From positions 18,586,087-18,650,086 of the forward strand of contig CM119266.1 in NCBI GenBank assembly GCA_051294375.1: a DNA stretch of 64,000 bases, read 5' to 3'. Source of the DNA: Paraspadella gotoi. Its lineage: Eukaryota > Animalia > Chaetognatha. Positions within the stretch are counted from its first letter, which is position 1, and the number at the start of each line of letters is the position of its first letter. The position numbers and the translations under genes are program-made. Under the pieces are notes generated by a model, which saw nothing but the letters and a program-made list of their open reading frames with translations, was not told the origin of the DNA and did not search any database. Of this stretch, positions 1 through 21,255 are shown piece after piece.

Positions 1-403
1 GCTGCTTCTTGCTACAGTGATATTTGTTTCCTCGACTTTAAAGACTTCATTTAATGACCTTTTTGAATCCCAAATAAGCGAGACCCCCGGAGATTTAGAT
101 AGAAAACCATAAATGTATATTTTTTTTCGTTTTCTTCTCTTCGAAATTATTTTTCATTGATATCGGCCATAAAGGCGAACAACATTAACATTAACATTAA
201 CAACATTAACATAAAGGCGAACAACATTAACATTAACAACATTAACATTAAAAAGAGATCTCAGAAATCTTAATTTATGTTAAATGTTAAAATATCAATT
301 TATCAAGGTGCATCATTGAAGAGTTAGAGTGGAGAGAGAGAGAGAGAAGAGAGAGAAGAGAGAGAGAGATGGGAGAGGAGAGGAGAGAGAGGAGAGAAGA
401 GAA

Positions 404-434
<31 letters not shown>

Positions 435-905
435 AAGCTAAATGTCCGTCCAATGATCGCCTCCCGTGAGAGTCTAATTCTCGCTATAATTGAAAATAAA
501 TTTCGCAACATTTCTTCTCCGGTTTTAGGTCGTTCGGTCGGTCTGTCAATCTGGGTTTTCTAAGGCAATTTTTGACTATAAACTCTACAGGACTCAATGC
601 GTTTTAAACGAGACAACGACGACGACGACGACGACGACGTCGATGATGATATTTTGCTGATGATTAAGGTGAAGATAATGATAATAATAATNNNNNNNNN
701 NNNNNNNNNNNNNNNNNNNNNNNNNNNNNNNNNNNNNNNNNNNNNNNNNNNNNNNNNNNNNNNNNNNNNNNNNNNNNNNNNNNNNNNNNNNNNNNNNNNN
801 NNNNNNNNNNNNNNNNNNNNNNNNNNNNNNNNNNNNNNNNNNNNNNNNNNNNNNNNNNNNNNNNNTGATGATTATGACGACCATTAAGGTGGAACAGGTT
901 GAAAC
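1..905 (-). repeat. Inverted copy of ~2080-2829 (and ~10100-10848)
   Basis: The reverse complement matches with scattered indels, e.g. gctgcttcttgctacagtgatat vs atatcactgtcagcaagaagcag. Confidence 0.9.
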
Positions 906-2410
906 TTGAAGTCCGGTAATTTTTAGTAAAGTGTTTATTAGTAAGAGATCATAAAAATTTTATCAGTAAAAATGATCAAAAACTATAAAAAAATTTTAAT
1001 GATGATAATAATAAGAATTTTCTTAGGTTTTTTAAATTTTTGACCCATTTATCATAAAAAAATTTTTATAGTTATAATAATAAATTTTATTTAACTTTTT
1101 GANNNNNNNNNNNNNNNNNNNNNNNNNTCCTACAGCGCGAAAAGAATGTAGCGAAAGGGAAACGCAATTTGAAATGAAGGATAAAGGCTTATCAAGCTAA
1201 ATTAAATAATTAAACAAACACCAAACTAAGCAAGACAGGTTTAGTCCTAGTCAGTAAGGCGGGCCAAATTGAACACTTTTTATAACTTTTAATTCTCTTT
1301 CAAAAAAAAATTTTCCTTTTTCTTTATTATAAATCGATTTTCAATGTAACTTTTTGAAATTAGTTCATTGGTTGGCAACTGAAGCTTTTAAATATTTATT
1401 AATATATAACAAATGACAAAAAATTTTTTTTAACCAAATTAGTTTTTAAGAACGGATTCCTATAGAGCTTCTTTGAAAAGTTTAAAATGAAAGTTAGTAC
1501 TACAATTTTTGAAATTTTTGACAAGAAATGGTGGTTTAACAACAGAAAAAAACGTAAAAATCATAATAATCATCATCATCTGGCTGAATTTTATAGTTTT
1601 TAAAATTTGTTTTATCATAAACAAAAATTTTTAAAATTTTGTATTAATAACCTTTATCTAACTTTTAAAGCCTCGTATCAGAATCCATTAAAAATTGAAA
1701 AATTCAAAAAAATTTTTAATTTATATACGTAATAAAATAATCTTAAATGCTTCGCGTGCGCTTAATTAATAGATAATTTTTTAAAATTATTTTTATTTTC
1801 ATAATTCTCTAACAGTCACTTTATCATTATTTATTGAGAAGAACTTCTAGTTTTCACTGTTCCGCGCCTACTAGTCAGTCGTCTTTAAAAACGTAGTGAT
1901 TTTCTCTTTCCGTTTCGCCCGTATTCTTAAAGCAGATACGCCTATTATGCACTCGTATCTCCTCCTTGTCACTGCCTTGTCACCCCACAGCCATCCACTA
2001 ATCCTAGTCAACAAAAACTCGCACATTCACGTAAGGACGCTTTGGTAAGGAAAAATATAGAAAGGAAAGAATATGGGTTTCAACCTGTTCCACTTAATGG
2101 TCGTCCAATAATCATTCATCATCAGCATTTTCGTTCTCATTATCATTATTATTATTATTATCATTATCTTCACCCTTATCATCAGGCAAAATATCATCAT
2201 CCGACGTCCGTCCGTCGTCGTCGTCGTCGTTGTCTCGTTTAAAACGCATTGAGTCCTGTAGAGTTTATAGTCCAAAAATTGCCTTAGAAACCCAGATTGA
2301 AAAGACCGACCGAACGACTAAAACGAGAAGAAATGTTTGCGAAATTTTAATTTTTCAATTATAGCGAGATTAGACTCTCACGGGAGGCATCATGACGACA
2401 TTATTTCTTG

Positions 2411-2442
<32 letters not shown>

Positions 2443-2886
2443 GTCTCTCTCTCTCTCTTCCTTCTCTTTCCTTCCCTCCCTCCCCTTCTCTCTCTCTCGC
2501 CTCTAACTCTCAATATGCACCTTGATAAATTGATATTTAATTTAACATAAATTAAATTTCTTTGGATCTCTTTTAATGTTAATGTTGTTAATGTTAATGT
2601 TGTTCGCGCTTTATGTTAATGTTGTTAATGTTAATGTTATGTTGTTCGCGCTTATGGCGATATCATGAAAATAATTTTCGAAGAGAAGAAAACGCAAAAA
2701 AATATACATTTTATGGTTTTTTTGCTATTAAATGTCCGGGGGGTCTCGCTTATTTGGGATTCAAAAAGGTCATTAAATGAAGTCTTTAAAGTCGAGGAAA
2801 CAAAATATCACTGTCAGCAAGAAGCAGTCGAGAAAATTGGGCTCTTACTGTATAATGTGAAAACGCAAACGGTGTGGATGGACCTC

Positions 2887-2917
<31 letters not shown>

Positions 2918-3511
2918 ATCTCTCTCTCCCTTCTCTCTCTCTCTCTCTCCTCGCTCTCCTGCTCTCTCTCTCTTCTCTCCTCTTCTCTCTCTCTCTTCTC
3001 TCTCTCATTTTTGACGCGAAGGGAAACTAGATGCCGTTTAGTCCTAAAAAAATCTTGCGCTTAAAGACGCGTAAAATTCCTTTCTTCTCTCTCTCTCGTC
3101 TCACCCTCTCACTCTCCCTCTCTCTTCTCTGCTCTTCTCCTCTTCATCGATCTCTCTCTCTCTCTCTCTCTCTCCTCTCTTTTTCCTATCTCTTCTCTTT
3201 TCCGTCGCTCTTCTCACATTTCCCAGTTTTTCAAATCGGCATTTAATAAGCCTTAGTCAAAGGTTAAACTTTTCAATGATTTATTCAAATTCAGGACCTC
3301 ATAGTAAAAGAAAAAAAGGTTTGCCTTTTTTTCGAACGAAAAACCAAAAAGAAAATTTTGCATGTTAATGAGAAAAAAAATTCCCCAAGTAGATTTCTCT
3401 TACGTACATCTTTAAGAGAAGACAAAAACTTTTCAAGCGTAAAAAAAACACAATTAACATATTTTAGCCTCTATTAAACAAAATAAAAGCCGGGACCCTC
3501 TCTGCTTACAG

Positions 3512-3621
<110 letters not shown>

Positions 3622-3819
3622 AGAGTAGAGAGAAATGAATACATTTTCAAGGGATTCTGAAAATTCGAACTCATTAAAGAAAAAGTAAAAAGAACGTTTG
3701 GAAAAAAAAAAGAAAAAAAGGGGGAGACCAAAATCGATCCTGGGACCCCTAAGGCGCCGTTTAAAAAAAAATGGCTTTACGACCGACTGTGATTTCGATC
3801 GAAGAGGGTTAAGAAATCT

Positions 3820-3864
<45 letters not shown>

Positions 3865-4107
3865 CTCTCTCTTCCTCCTCTCTCTCTCCCCCGAACGAAA
3901 TGCCGCCACTCCCAGGGAATCGCGAGGGCGATAGACAGAGAGTGGGACTTTTGGTGATTTGTGGGCGCAGAAGTTGTGAAGCGGTTTCTGAATAGCGACA
4001 GTGATATAGAGTTAGAAGGTTTGACGATACGAGGGTTCATCACAAAAGATGGGTGTGTGGCGAAAAGACTTAAAGCTGCCTCAAACTGCTGTCCGTCGTC
4101 AGCCTTC

Positions 4108-4375
4108 GTCTCAATGGCTGAGCAGAGCTAAATCATCTCATTCCATCCGTGCGTCCGGGTTCAAATCCCTGGGTATCCCCGGTTCTGGCTAAATGGTGAC
4201 GTGCCGGTATAAACATGCCAGTGACAGGAGGCGTCCATGAGGGTCCGCAGGCCACTACGCCAGTTGGTGAGATCCCCGCGCCCGGGTATCACAAGGCTAT
4301 CCTCCCATTCGCCATAGGTGCATCAATGCAGAAGGTGGAATTCGGCGGAATAAAGGCGGTGGCACTAAAAATATT
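4108..4375 (+). mobile_element. tRNA-derived SINE-like element; duplicate at 12127-12394
   Basis: A-box-like TGGCTGAGCAG and B-box GGTTCAAATCC, GC-rich body, then an A-rich end followed by degenerate (TTAG)n repeats. Confidence 0.55.
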
Positions 4376-5831
4376 AAATGGTCAGTCAGTTTGTTTAGCT
4401 TAATTACTTAGTTTAGTTTAGTTAGTTTTTAATAGTTAATGAGTTAGTTTAATTAAGTTCAGTTTTTTTTCAGTACCAAGCTAGTTAGTAAAAAGACGTG
4501 ACCTTCGATATAAAACAAATAAAGTTAAAAAAATCAAAAAAACCGGGGCGGTTCGACCAGACGAGGAATATCTAGGGCAGACACGAAAAGGGCAGAAGTT
4601 GAGAGAGGGAGACGGAGGAGAGAGGAAGAGGAAGAGGAAGGAGAGAGGGAGGAAGAGAGAGAAAGAAAGAAAAGGTGCAAATGTTGGATGATGAGAATTG
4701 ATTAGAAGGTGAAATGGAAAGAGGAAAGGGGAGGAGGAAAAGGAGTGTGAATTTTGGGAATTCTAAGAAAAATTAAGGAGAAAAAGAAAAAAAGGAAATT
4801 AAGTGGAGCGGTGGTTTTTGTCTCCAGTGAAAGGGTTACGGATGCCATAACACTGGGATTAGAGGAACGAGAGAGAGAGAGAGAGGAGAGAGAGAGACGG
4901 AGAGGAGAGAGACTAACCGATAAAGCACAAAAAAGCTTGTCTGGAGAAATCGTGACAAAAACTGAAACGTGACCAGAAAACAGAAACGTTTCCGGATGAT
5001 TGAGAAGAAAAAAACAGAAAAAATTTATAAAAGAGAGAGAGAGGGGGGGAGAGAGGAGAGAGAGAGAGAGAGAGAGAGAGAAGAGAGAGAGAGGACGAGA
5101 AGAGAGAGAACTTTTGGAATCCTGTCACGTTCCTCATCAAATAGGCAATAGACCAAAACGTTTATTCTTCTTGAACTAAATTTTTTTAACTTAAACCGTT
5201 AAAAGCCTTTAGTTGAATTTGTCAATCAAATGTGAATTAGTGTTACAAAATAAAAAATAACTTGGAAAGGGCAATATGAGGCGGAACCAAAACTGGCCAG
5301 ACATCTTAACAAAAGTAAAAAAGCCGCGCAGGTAAAAAATGGTTCCGAGTAATGAAATATCTAAAGCAGCCAACCCACCGAACTTAAAAAATATTTCTCA
5401 TTAAAATTTCATAATCATGTCGTAAAATTTCTCAGAGGAAAATAAAAGTTTCCAAAACTTTATAATTTTCTCCTTTTAAAATATCTTTTCCCAAAACTTT
5501 GAGAGTTGACTTCTCAAGCGCAAATCAATCAGAAAAAAAAAGAAATTTTAAATAAAATTTTGTCAGTGATCACTGATCAAACTTGAAATCATTTACATTT
5601 CATTACATCATTGCAGATGGAATACGAACCAAAAATCACAAGATGGGCTTCATCCCATCGGGAAAACCAGACCGTGTCGATGATGCAGATGACTCTGTAT
5701 ATATACTGAATCATTTTTGTAATGATTCATTTTTTTGTCTCAATTCTGACAACCGTCTTGCGCTTGTTCAATGACATTGAAATAAAATCACACTTTGCTT
5801 TATGTTCGAAATCCCTGTCTACTATTTAAAT

Positions 5832-5888
5832 GTGTGGCACCTTTTGGATTCGAACCCACCCTCGAAGAGACATATACATGAGCTAATT
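5832..5888 (-). mobile_element. tRNA/SINE head remnant; duplicate at 13851-13907
   Basis: Minus strand TAGCTCA...GGTTCGAATCC with no complete cloverleaf. Confidence 0.35.
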
Positions 5889-5899
5889 TCCTATATCAA

Positions 5900-6505
5900 A
5901 GGAGAATGGGAGGAAAGGAAAGAGGTGAAGCAGGAGGAGGAGGAGAATGGAGGCAGGAAAGGGAAAGGGTGAAGCAGGAGGAGGGGGAGAATGGGAGGAC
6001 TAAGGGGACGAGGTGAAGCAGGAGGAGGAGGAGAAGGGGAGGAAATGGAAGAGGTGGAAGCAGGAGGAGAAGGGGAGGAAAGGAAAGAAGGTGGAAGCGG
6101 AGGAGGATGAGAAGGGGAGGAAAGGGAAGAGGTGAAGTAGGAGGAGGGGGAATGAAAGGGGAGGGAAAGGGAAGAAGGTGAAGCAGGAGGAGGAGGTAGA
6201 ATGGGAGGAAAGGAGAGAGGTGAAGCAGGAGGAGGAAAAGGAACAGGTTGAGGAAAGGAAGAAGGTGAAGCAGGAGGAGGAGGAGAATGGGAGGAAGGAA
6301 AGAGGTGAGCAGGAGAGAGGAGAATGGGAGGGAAAGGAAAGAAGGTGGAAGCAGGAGGAGGGGAGAAGGGGAGGAAAGGAAAGAGTTGAAGCAGGAGGAG
6401 GGGGAGAGGCGGAGGAAAGGAAAGAGGTGAAGCAGGAGGAAGGAGAATGGGAGGAAGGGAAGAGAGTGAAAAAAGCAGGAGGAGGGGGAGAAAGCGGAGG
6501 AACAC
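5900..6505 (+). repeat. Purine-rich minisatellite, ~40-bp unit GAGGTGAAGCAGGAGGAGGAGGAGAATGGGAGGAAAGGAAA, about 15 units; duplicate at 13919-14524
   Basis: Recurrent GGTGAAGCAGGAGGA anchor at roughly 40-bp spacing. Confidence 0.9.
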
Positions 6506-8545
6506 TGACAAACGCCGCGAGAAAAGGTTAGTTCGTTGAGGGTAAAAGGCAAAAAGTGCGCGAGGGTCTGTCCCCTGGAATTAAGATAAGGCGACTGCCC
6601 TGATTTGGAGAACCAGCGTTTAAATTTTAAAGTTATTCGTTGATTAGCAGATGTTCCCATCCATCTTTTTACCACTAATTCTTTCCCCCTTATTTATGAA
6701 ACCTTTGTTGTGCAAAAAAAAAAATATTAGGAAATAAACAATTAAATATTTCACTGTTTTTCTCGTAAATTGGGGGAGTTAGGAAGACAGTCTACTATGA
6801 AAACACACAATTTGCAGGCTGCGATATGTTCATGTATAATTTTATATAATTTCTTTTTTCATTTTTTTGACTTTTTGATTTTTGGGCTTATTTTATCAAA
6901 TATTAACGTATATTATTTTTGTTAAATACTACATTCAGACTTTGGACCGTACAATATAATAGAAAAGAGAGCAATAGACTAACAGATAAACATTATTTTC
7001 TTAAAAAATCATCTTTGACTAATCTTTGTAAAATATTTTATAATTTTTGGTAAATAAAAGCCAAAAAGCCGGGTGATATCTTTTTTTGTAATCTGTATCT
7101 CCTTCTGAACTCTTGCTTTTTCCTTTTCCTTTATTATTTTTTTTCTTTTCGGCTTTCCTTCTTTAACAATGCTACTGTATACAGCGTTAAAATAATCTAT
7201 CATAAGCCATAAGATTATGGTTTTAAAATATTTTTTTTGTTAAAATTTTTTGTTCTGAGGGTACTAGCCTAATTTAAAAGATAGAGAAAATTTTTATCGT
7301 ATCTATAATAAATATTAAAAAATTATAGAGCCATTATAAGACATTTTTTGTCGCATTACAAGTTATTACTTAAAAATGTAAATTTTTTTTGTTTTGAGGA
7401 TGTACTCACTATAAATTTTTTGACTCAACCCATTAGTTGGTCTCCCCTCCTATTGATTAATTTAATTTATCAGATTTAATCCGGGTTTACCTAGTTTTTT
7501 ATTTTTAAATTACCTTTTTTTCATTTCTGGTGATCAATTTTCATTATTTAACGATTTCCGCCACGATTTTTTTTTTCGTTTCATTCCTATTCACATTTTT
7601 CACAAACCTCATAAAAATTCATAGTCCCTTTTACGTGATGCCATTCTGGCTTTTGTCTCCACATTTCTTCCTCTAAGTAATTCCCGCCAATTAGCCTTAA
7701 TGTTTCTTTAATTAAAAATTTACCCAGAATGTCTCGAGTAAATAGATTTGGCGTTTCCCTGATTTGCGCGCCGCCTGAGCCGGAGAGCCCCCCTTCCCCT
7801 TCCTTTCCCCCTTCCCCTTTCCCCCCTTTTAACTTTTCGTTTCCATTGTTTGTATCAACATGACACTAATCCACTTATTTGTATCTCAACTGCCTTTAAA
7901 AATTATTCGAATGTGAATTTTAAATATTGGCAAATAAAAAAAAATTACTTCTTCCCGACAAGAAACTCCACCTAACAAATCGTTTTTAAAAAACAAGTAA
8001 TAAAACATAAAAGAAGTAAATTCCTTTTCCCTCACTTGCTTTGATATTATGTAATTTAATTATTAAACAATTATTTTCCCCCATCAGGACCTGTCGGTTC
8101 TTCTGTCATCTCCGCACAATCTATCCATTCTCGATGTTCCGAGACTCAATTCTCATCTCGGATTTTGTCAAAAAAATTCTGACATAATTGACGCGTCCTT
8201 CTTCCGTCAAACCGTTCAAGTTTAAAAATTATAATATCATAAATAATATCGAATTGAAACTTGAGAGGCGAGAAAAAAAAAAAGGTTCTGAATGTCATAA
8301 CAGTGAAGAGCTCGTGCGAAACATTGATTTGGAAAGGCATCCTTTTAGATTCTAAAAAAAATTAAGAATTAAATTTCAAAAAGATTCTAAATTTAAAATT
8401 AATTTAAATTTAAATATTTTTTTAATTTTAAAAGTTGTTTTTTTTTCTTCGAAAATGTATTTAAGCATGAATTTGTCTAATGATCTAGTTAAAACACCGG
8501 TTTTAAACAAGATTAAAAATTTTTAACGAGGAACGAAAGTTAGGC

Positions 8546-8787
8546 AAAGAATAACTCCGTTTACAGCAGTCAACGATCCTTTCTCTTAGAAAACCTTTCT
8601 TCGCGAAAACCCGTTTTACCTGTAATTTGTTTGTTCAGTTTTTTGACCGAGTTGATTTTTCTGTTGAGGCCGTTTTAAGGACGGGTTTTATTAGTCTCTC
8701 TCTCTCTCTCTATCTATCTTTCTATCTATCTATCTATCTCCCTACGGCTTCATCCACCNNNNNNNNNNNNNNNNNNNNNNNNNAAGA

Positions 8788-8819
<32 letters not shown>

Positions 8820-9146
8820 TCTCTCTCTCTCTTCTCTCTCTCCTCTTCTCGCCACTGCTATCTGCTTCGGGCCTAAACAGGACGTCCTTGTTTACAACTC
8901 CTCAAAAAACCTGGAGTTTGACATCTGGTGGAATGAAGCCGTAGGGAGATAGATAGATAGATAGAAAGATAGATAGAGAGAGAGAAGAGACGACTAATAA
9001 AACCCGTCCTTAAAACGGGCTCAACAGAAAAATAATCAACTCGGTCAAAACACTGAACAAACAAATTACAGGTAAAACGGGTTTTTCGCGAAGAAAGGTT
9101 TTCTAAGGAGAAAGGATCGTTACTGCTGTAAACGGAGTTATTCTTT
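8546..9146. repeat. ~215-bp inverted repeat (8546-8758 vs ~8927-9146) around a 25-N gap
   Basis: aaagaataactccgtttacagcag... vs ...ctgctgtaaacggagttattcttt, with indel differences. Confidence 0.9.
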
Positions 9147-16564
<7,418 letters not shown>

Positions 16565-17214
16565 CAACCTGCTATTCTTTTTCGAGCTTCTTCGGCTTAA
16601 AAAAGTCCTTGAAACCTTAAATCTTCTTCAAATCTAAAGATTTACTGGTTTAGTTACCATAACGACGACATTGTTAAAGAATTGATATCTGGTTAAATAT
16701 GGAAACATTTTCTAATTTACAACACTCCCTTAACGTTATTTAGCTCTAGATAACTACTATATATAGAAAATATTATTAACTACAGTGTGTCCCAATGGTA
16801 CTGTCGGTTAACCTTTACATATTGTGCGGAACTGTGTTATTAAATCTTATTTCTGAGATAACAAAGTCAAAGTTAAGTTCTTACCATTTATGATACTATA
16901 TTTCGAATTCAATTTTTATCAATTTTTCTTAGCAGAACATTTTATTTAAATTAGTGATCATTTCTCACTTTTTGAATTTTTAGATAATTTTTTTTATTTT
17001 AAAATAGATTATATTAAACAAATTATATAAAAAAATATTTTAAATATATATTAATTATTTAAATTTAATTTGTATTAAATAAGTGAATTAATAAAATATA
17101 TTTTAAATTATTAAAAAAAAAAATACAAAAATTGATAAAATATAAAATTGCTAATTAATTTGATATTTAAATTTTATTATTTGAAGTTTGAAGCTCTCGT
17201 CTCTCTCTCTATGC

Positions 17215-17246
<32 letters not shown>

Positions 17247-19057
17247 CTCTCTCCTCTCTCGTCTCTCTCTCTCTGCATGTTTTAGCGAGCATAGTCTTTT
17301 CGTTTCAACATCCGTGGCCCTTTTTATCCGTGTGAACGGGCGGAGGATGTTTGTAGAGAAATGGAGGAAAAGAGAAGAAAGAGTATCTCTCTCTNNNNNN
17401 NNNNNNNNNNNNNNNNNNNGAGAGAGAGAGAGAGTAATTCGATAAACCCCGTGTTGATGGTGTTTAAGAGATATCCCTAAGTTGTCCCATTTTTCTTTTT
17501 TTCTCTTTCTTTTTAATCCTTTTTTTCCTGGTTTGACTTTTTTCTTTTACTTAGTATATTTATAATTCTTTGAAAGACTCATGTCAAATTAAAATTCTCT
17601 TATTTCTGTCAGTAATTGTTACTTATCTTTAAAATTAAAAAAAAAGAAGATATTAATAGATGTCGCAAACTTGAAATAATGGAGATAGAAAATATAATGC
17701 AAATCCCGAAGACAAAGAAAAGGAGGAATAGAGTTTTAGGAGGAAATGTTGAGATCGATCCGAGGGAAGGCGTTGACCCGGAAGAAAGAAATGGGGCGAA
17801 AGAAAAAAAGGAGGAAAGAAAGAAAGAAAAAGGAGAACCCAAGAAAAAAATGGGAGCGAAAAAGGGAAAAGAAAGGAGGAAAAAGAAGAAGGAAAAAGAA
17901 GAGAAATGTAAAACGGAGGAAGAAAAAAAGGAAAAATTTTAGGATAAAAAGAAAATTGAAAAAAACCGTTCAAACTTTTGTACTGCTTCCTGACAAAGAC
18001 ATTCCAAGATCGAAAAGCGCTTTAAAAATGTTGAACGTTAAAGATTTCCCAGTTTCCCGTACAAGAGCGCTTTGTTACTGTTTCAATGTACAGGGAGGCT
18101 ATTTGATATCAAGTTTCAGGCAAATGAATAACTATTTTTTTCAATATAAGAAAAACGAATGGTAACGATCGTGCGGAACAAGCATAAATGATGCTAAAAA
18201 ATAATAGAATTAAGAATGATTTTTTCGGCGCTCCTGGTATTGCAGGCTCATCTGCTGAGTGCTCTAAGCTCTCTCTCTGCTCGTCTTCTCGTCTCGGGGT
18301 CGTCGCTCTCATGTTCTCGTCTCTCTCTCTCCTCTAAAACTCTCCACTAAGGAAGAACCACGGCGCACACCCGCCTTGACACTGCTTACCGCAGGCATCT
18401 TTACTGCTTGTTTTTCCTAATTATGCGATGAAAGCCGTTTGATTTTACTCTTCAAGACGACATCTTTTTATCCAGTCGCAAACTAATTTCCCACATTCGG
18501 CTAAAAAAAAACAAACCAGGATTAGGGCGGGAAAGTTGAAAGTTTGTAATCGAATTTGGAAAGCGATCTCTTAATTTGAAAAAAAGGTTTTTTTTGTTAG
18601 TTACAATTAATATCTATGATAAATAATATATGTGTCTGTCTCCCTACTCCTTATGTCGTGGTCTTCCACAATAATATTATTTGCTAACCTCAGCTTTTCA
18701 GTTGTTAATTCTTTGTCAAAGTAAATCTAAAAATAATATGAAAAATAAGTCAGCAATCGGAAAAATCGGCATTGTTAATGTTTAAGTCTTTGCATGAGTA
18801 TTCAGTAACTTATATTTCGCTTTACAAGATTAATCAACCGAATTTAACTTTGTTTTTTTACAAAATCGGCTTAGCTAGAGATTCTTAGTGACCCAAGGTC
18901 TAGGTGGTAGATTTTTTAGGGATCCTTTTATCATTTTTTTCTTTTATTACTAATTTTTTTCTAATTAAGGTTTTTAAATTAAATTAAATGGCTCCATGCA
19001 GCGGGAGGGGTGAGGCAGTGGGAAAGAGGCTGCTGGAAAAGAAAGAGAGGATAAAGG

Positions 19058-19088
<31 letters not shown>

Positions 19089-19480
19089 CAGAGGGAGAGA
19101 GAAGAGCGAGAGTAGCTCAGAGTTTAGCCAGAGTTGCCGCGCGATCAAATAGGGAAAGAGAGAGGGGAATGGGAGAGGAGAACGTTTTGGTTTTTCAATA
19201 ATTTTTATGAGAGAAAAGAATGTCAACTAACTTGCATCTACAAATTTTGACTGCGCGAAGTGAAATTTACCGCAAAAAAAAAGCACGCAGGAAAGTGATC
19301 GCGATACGGCAAGCAGAAAAAGAAAAGAAAAAAGAAAAAAAGAAAAGGAAAAAGAAGAAATGTTTAATAGAAGAAATTGTTCGAATGAATAGAAGAATCC
19401 TAATCTAAAAAGGAAGATTTAGATTAAGCTTCTTGAAGGCACTTGCTGACAAGGTGCGACTGTCATTTTCAGCGCTTCAC

Positions 19481-19620
19481 TTTCAAAAGCGGCCCGCACC
19501 CGTGAATCCTTATTCCTGAATTTCTAAACCGCTAACCTAGTTTTTAAACCCTTGACCTTAAATTCGCATCTTTAATTACTTAAGACCCTAACAACGAGGA
19601 TGGGTCGCTTTTGGGAAAAA
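19481..19620. mobile_element. Related inverted-repeat element (copies ~20192-20336 and ~24755-24882)
   Basis: CAAAAGCGGCCC matches the reverse complement of GGGTCGCTTTTG at 11/12. Interior taacc/accct/cctaac repeats. Confidence 0.5.
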
Positions 19621-20932
19621 ATAGGTCCCGTTAATTTTCAAGTAATCCAAAAATTGGGTAATGAGTGTACAGCAGAGTAAAAAATGCAGATATAGGTAAA
19701 AGATAAGTGTAGGTAAGAGTGCATGCGGAAGTGTTATATTAGTGACAATGCATACTAAATGTCATGCTCTAGAACCTTTCTGCTTATGCTTTAGTAATTT
19801 AATGCTTACGTATTGTCCTTATAATATTGAATAGTTGGGAATTCTGGAATCACCACTCGCTAGTCTCGTCTGTGGTGTCTCTCGTCTCTCTCTGCCGATG
19901 CTGTTGCAGGTTTGTCCTTGCCGTTGAAGCGTTCATTAGTCTTTATGCAAGTAGGGACTGTTACTGCATGAGGGTTGCTATTCGTCTCGTACTTTCCGTT
20001 TTTTTGAATCGGTTACTTGGCCTTCCTTAGAGAAAGGCAATAAACTGTCAACTACGAGNNNNNNNNNNNNNNNNNNNNNNNNNTTCGAATAATAGAAGAT
20101 TGTCGGGAAGAGAATTAATCTAAAAAGGAAGATTTAGATTAAGCTTCTTAATGCACTTGCTGACAAGTGCGACTGATCATTTCAGCGCTTACTTTCAAAA
20201 AGCGGCCCGACGCCGGTGAATCCTGTATTCCTGAATTTCTAAACCGTAACCCTAATTTTTAAGACCCTTGACCTTAAATTCGGCATCTTAATTACTTAAA
20301 CCCTACAAAGAGGATGGGTCTGCGTTTGGGAAAAAATAGGTCCCTTATTTTCAAGTAATCCAAAAATATGGTAATAGTGATACAGAGAGTAAAAAATGCA
20401 GATATAGTAAAGAGAAAAGTTGTAGTAAGAGTGCTATCCGGAAGTGTTATATTATGACAATGCAACTAAATGTCTGCTCTAGAACCTTTCTGCTTATGCT
20501 TTTTAGAAATTTAAATGCTTACGTATTTCCTTATAAATATTGGAATGTTAATCCCTACTCGCTAGTCTCGCTGTTGTCTCTCTCTCTCTCTGCCATCTTG
20601 CAGGTTTGTCCTTGCCTTGAAGGCTTCATTATTTTATCAAGTAGGGACTGTTACGCGAGGTTCTACGTCTACTTTCCGTTTTTTTAAATCGGTTACTGCG
20701 CCTTCCTTTAAGAAGGCAATAAACTTCAACTACGAATTGTATTTTGCGAAAAAACTCCCCTCCCCCCCCTCTCTCGTGCTCGTGCGTCTGCTCGGCTGCT
20801 GCTGCGCTCTCTCTCTCTTTCTCCTCTCTCTCTCTCTCTCTTCTGGGCGGTGCAAAAAGAAGCGATTCGGAGGCAGTTGTCTATCTATTGGCCCGCGCCC
20901 ACGCTGCTGCTCTCGTCTCTGCGTCGTCTCTC

Positions 20933-20982
<50 letters not shown>

Positions 20983-21054
20983 CTCCTTCGCTCTCTCTCT
21001 TCTCTCTCTCTCTGTCACTTCTGAACTTCCGAAACAAATTCTTTTTTCATTTTT

Positions 21055-21255
21055 ATGATCTCATTGATATCGTTCCATGTTTCGTCGTCGTCGTCGTCGT
21101 CGTCATTGCTATCATCATCCTCATCAACATCAGCATGATCCCAATCTCCAGTCGATACCCTTTACACGTTTCACCAGTGCCAAGGAACTTTTCTCCCGGT
21201 GCAAAACCAAGTCGAGCCGATTATGTGTGGATTCGTATGCGCCCTCGTTTTGTGT
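21055..21255 (+). other. Second assembly copy of the candidate signal-peptide exon (indel errors); a third copy lies at ~35660-35860
   Basis: Near-identical to 25586-25796 with scattered single-base indels. Confidence 0.5.

Noticed and set aside
5832-5888. Functional tRNA gene
   Set aside because: Only A/B-box-like motifs are present and no cloverleaf can be formed.
5900-6505. CRISPR-like regularly spaced repeat
   Set aside because: The spacers are themselves variants of the unit and the context is eukaryotic, so this is a minisatellite.
16781-16800. Tc1/mariner-like terminus TA-CAGTGTGTCCCA
   Set aside because: No matching second TIR or transposase remnant was seen.
17616-18165. Lys/Glu/Arg-rich ORFs
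   Set aside because: A/G-rich low-complexity sequence that is open in several frames by composition.
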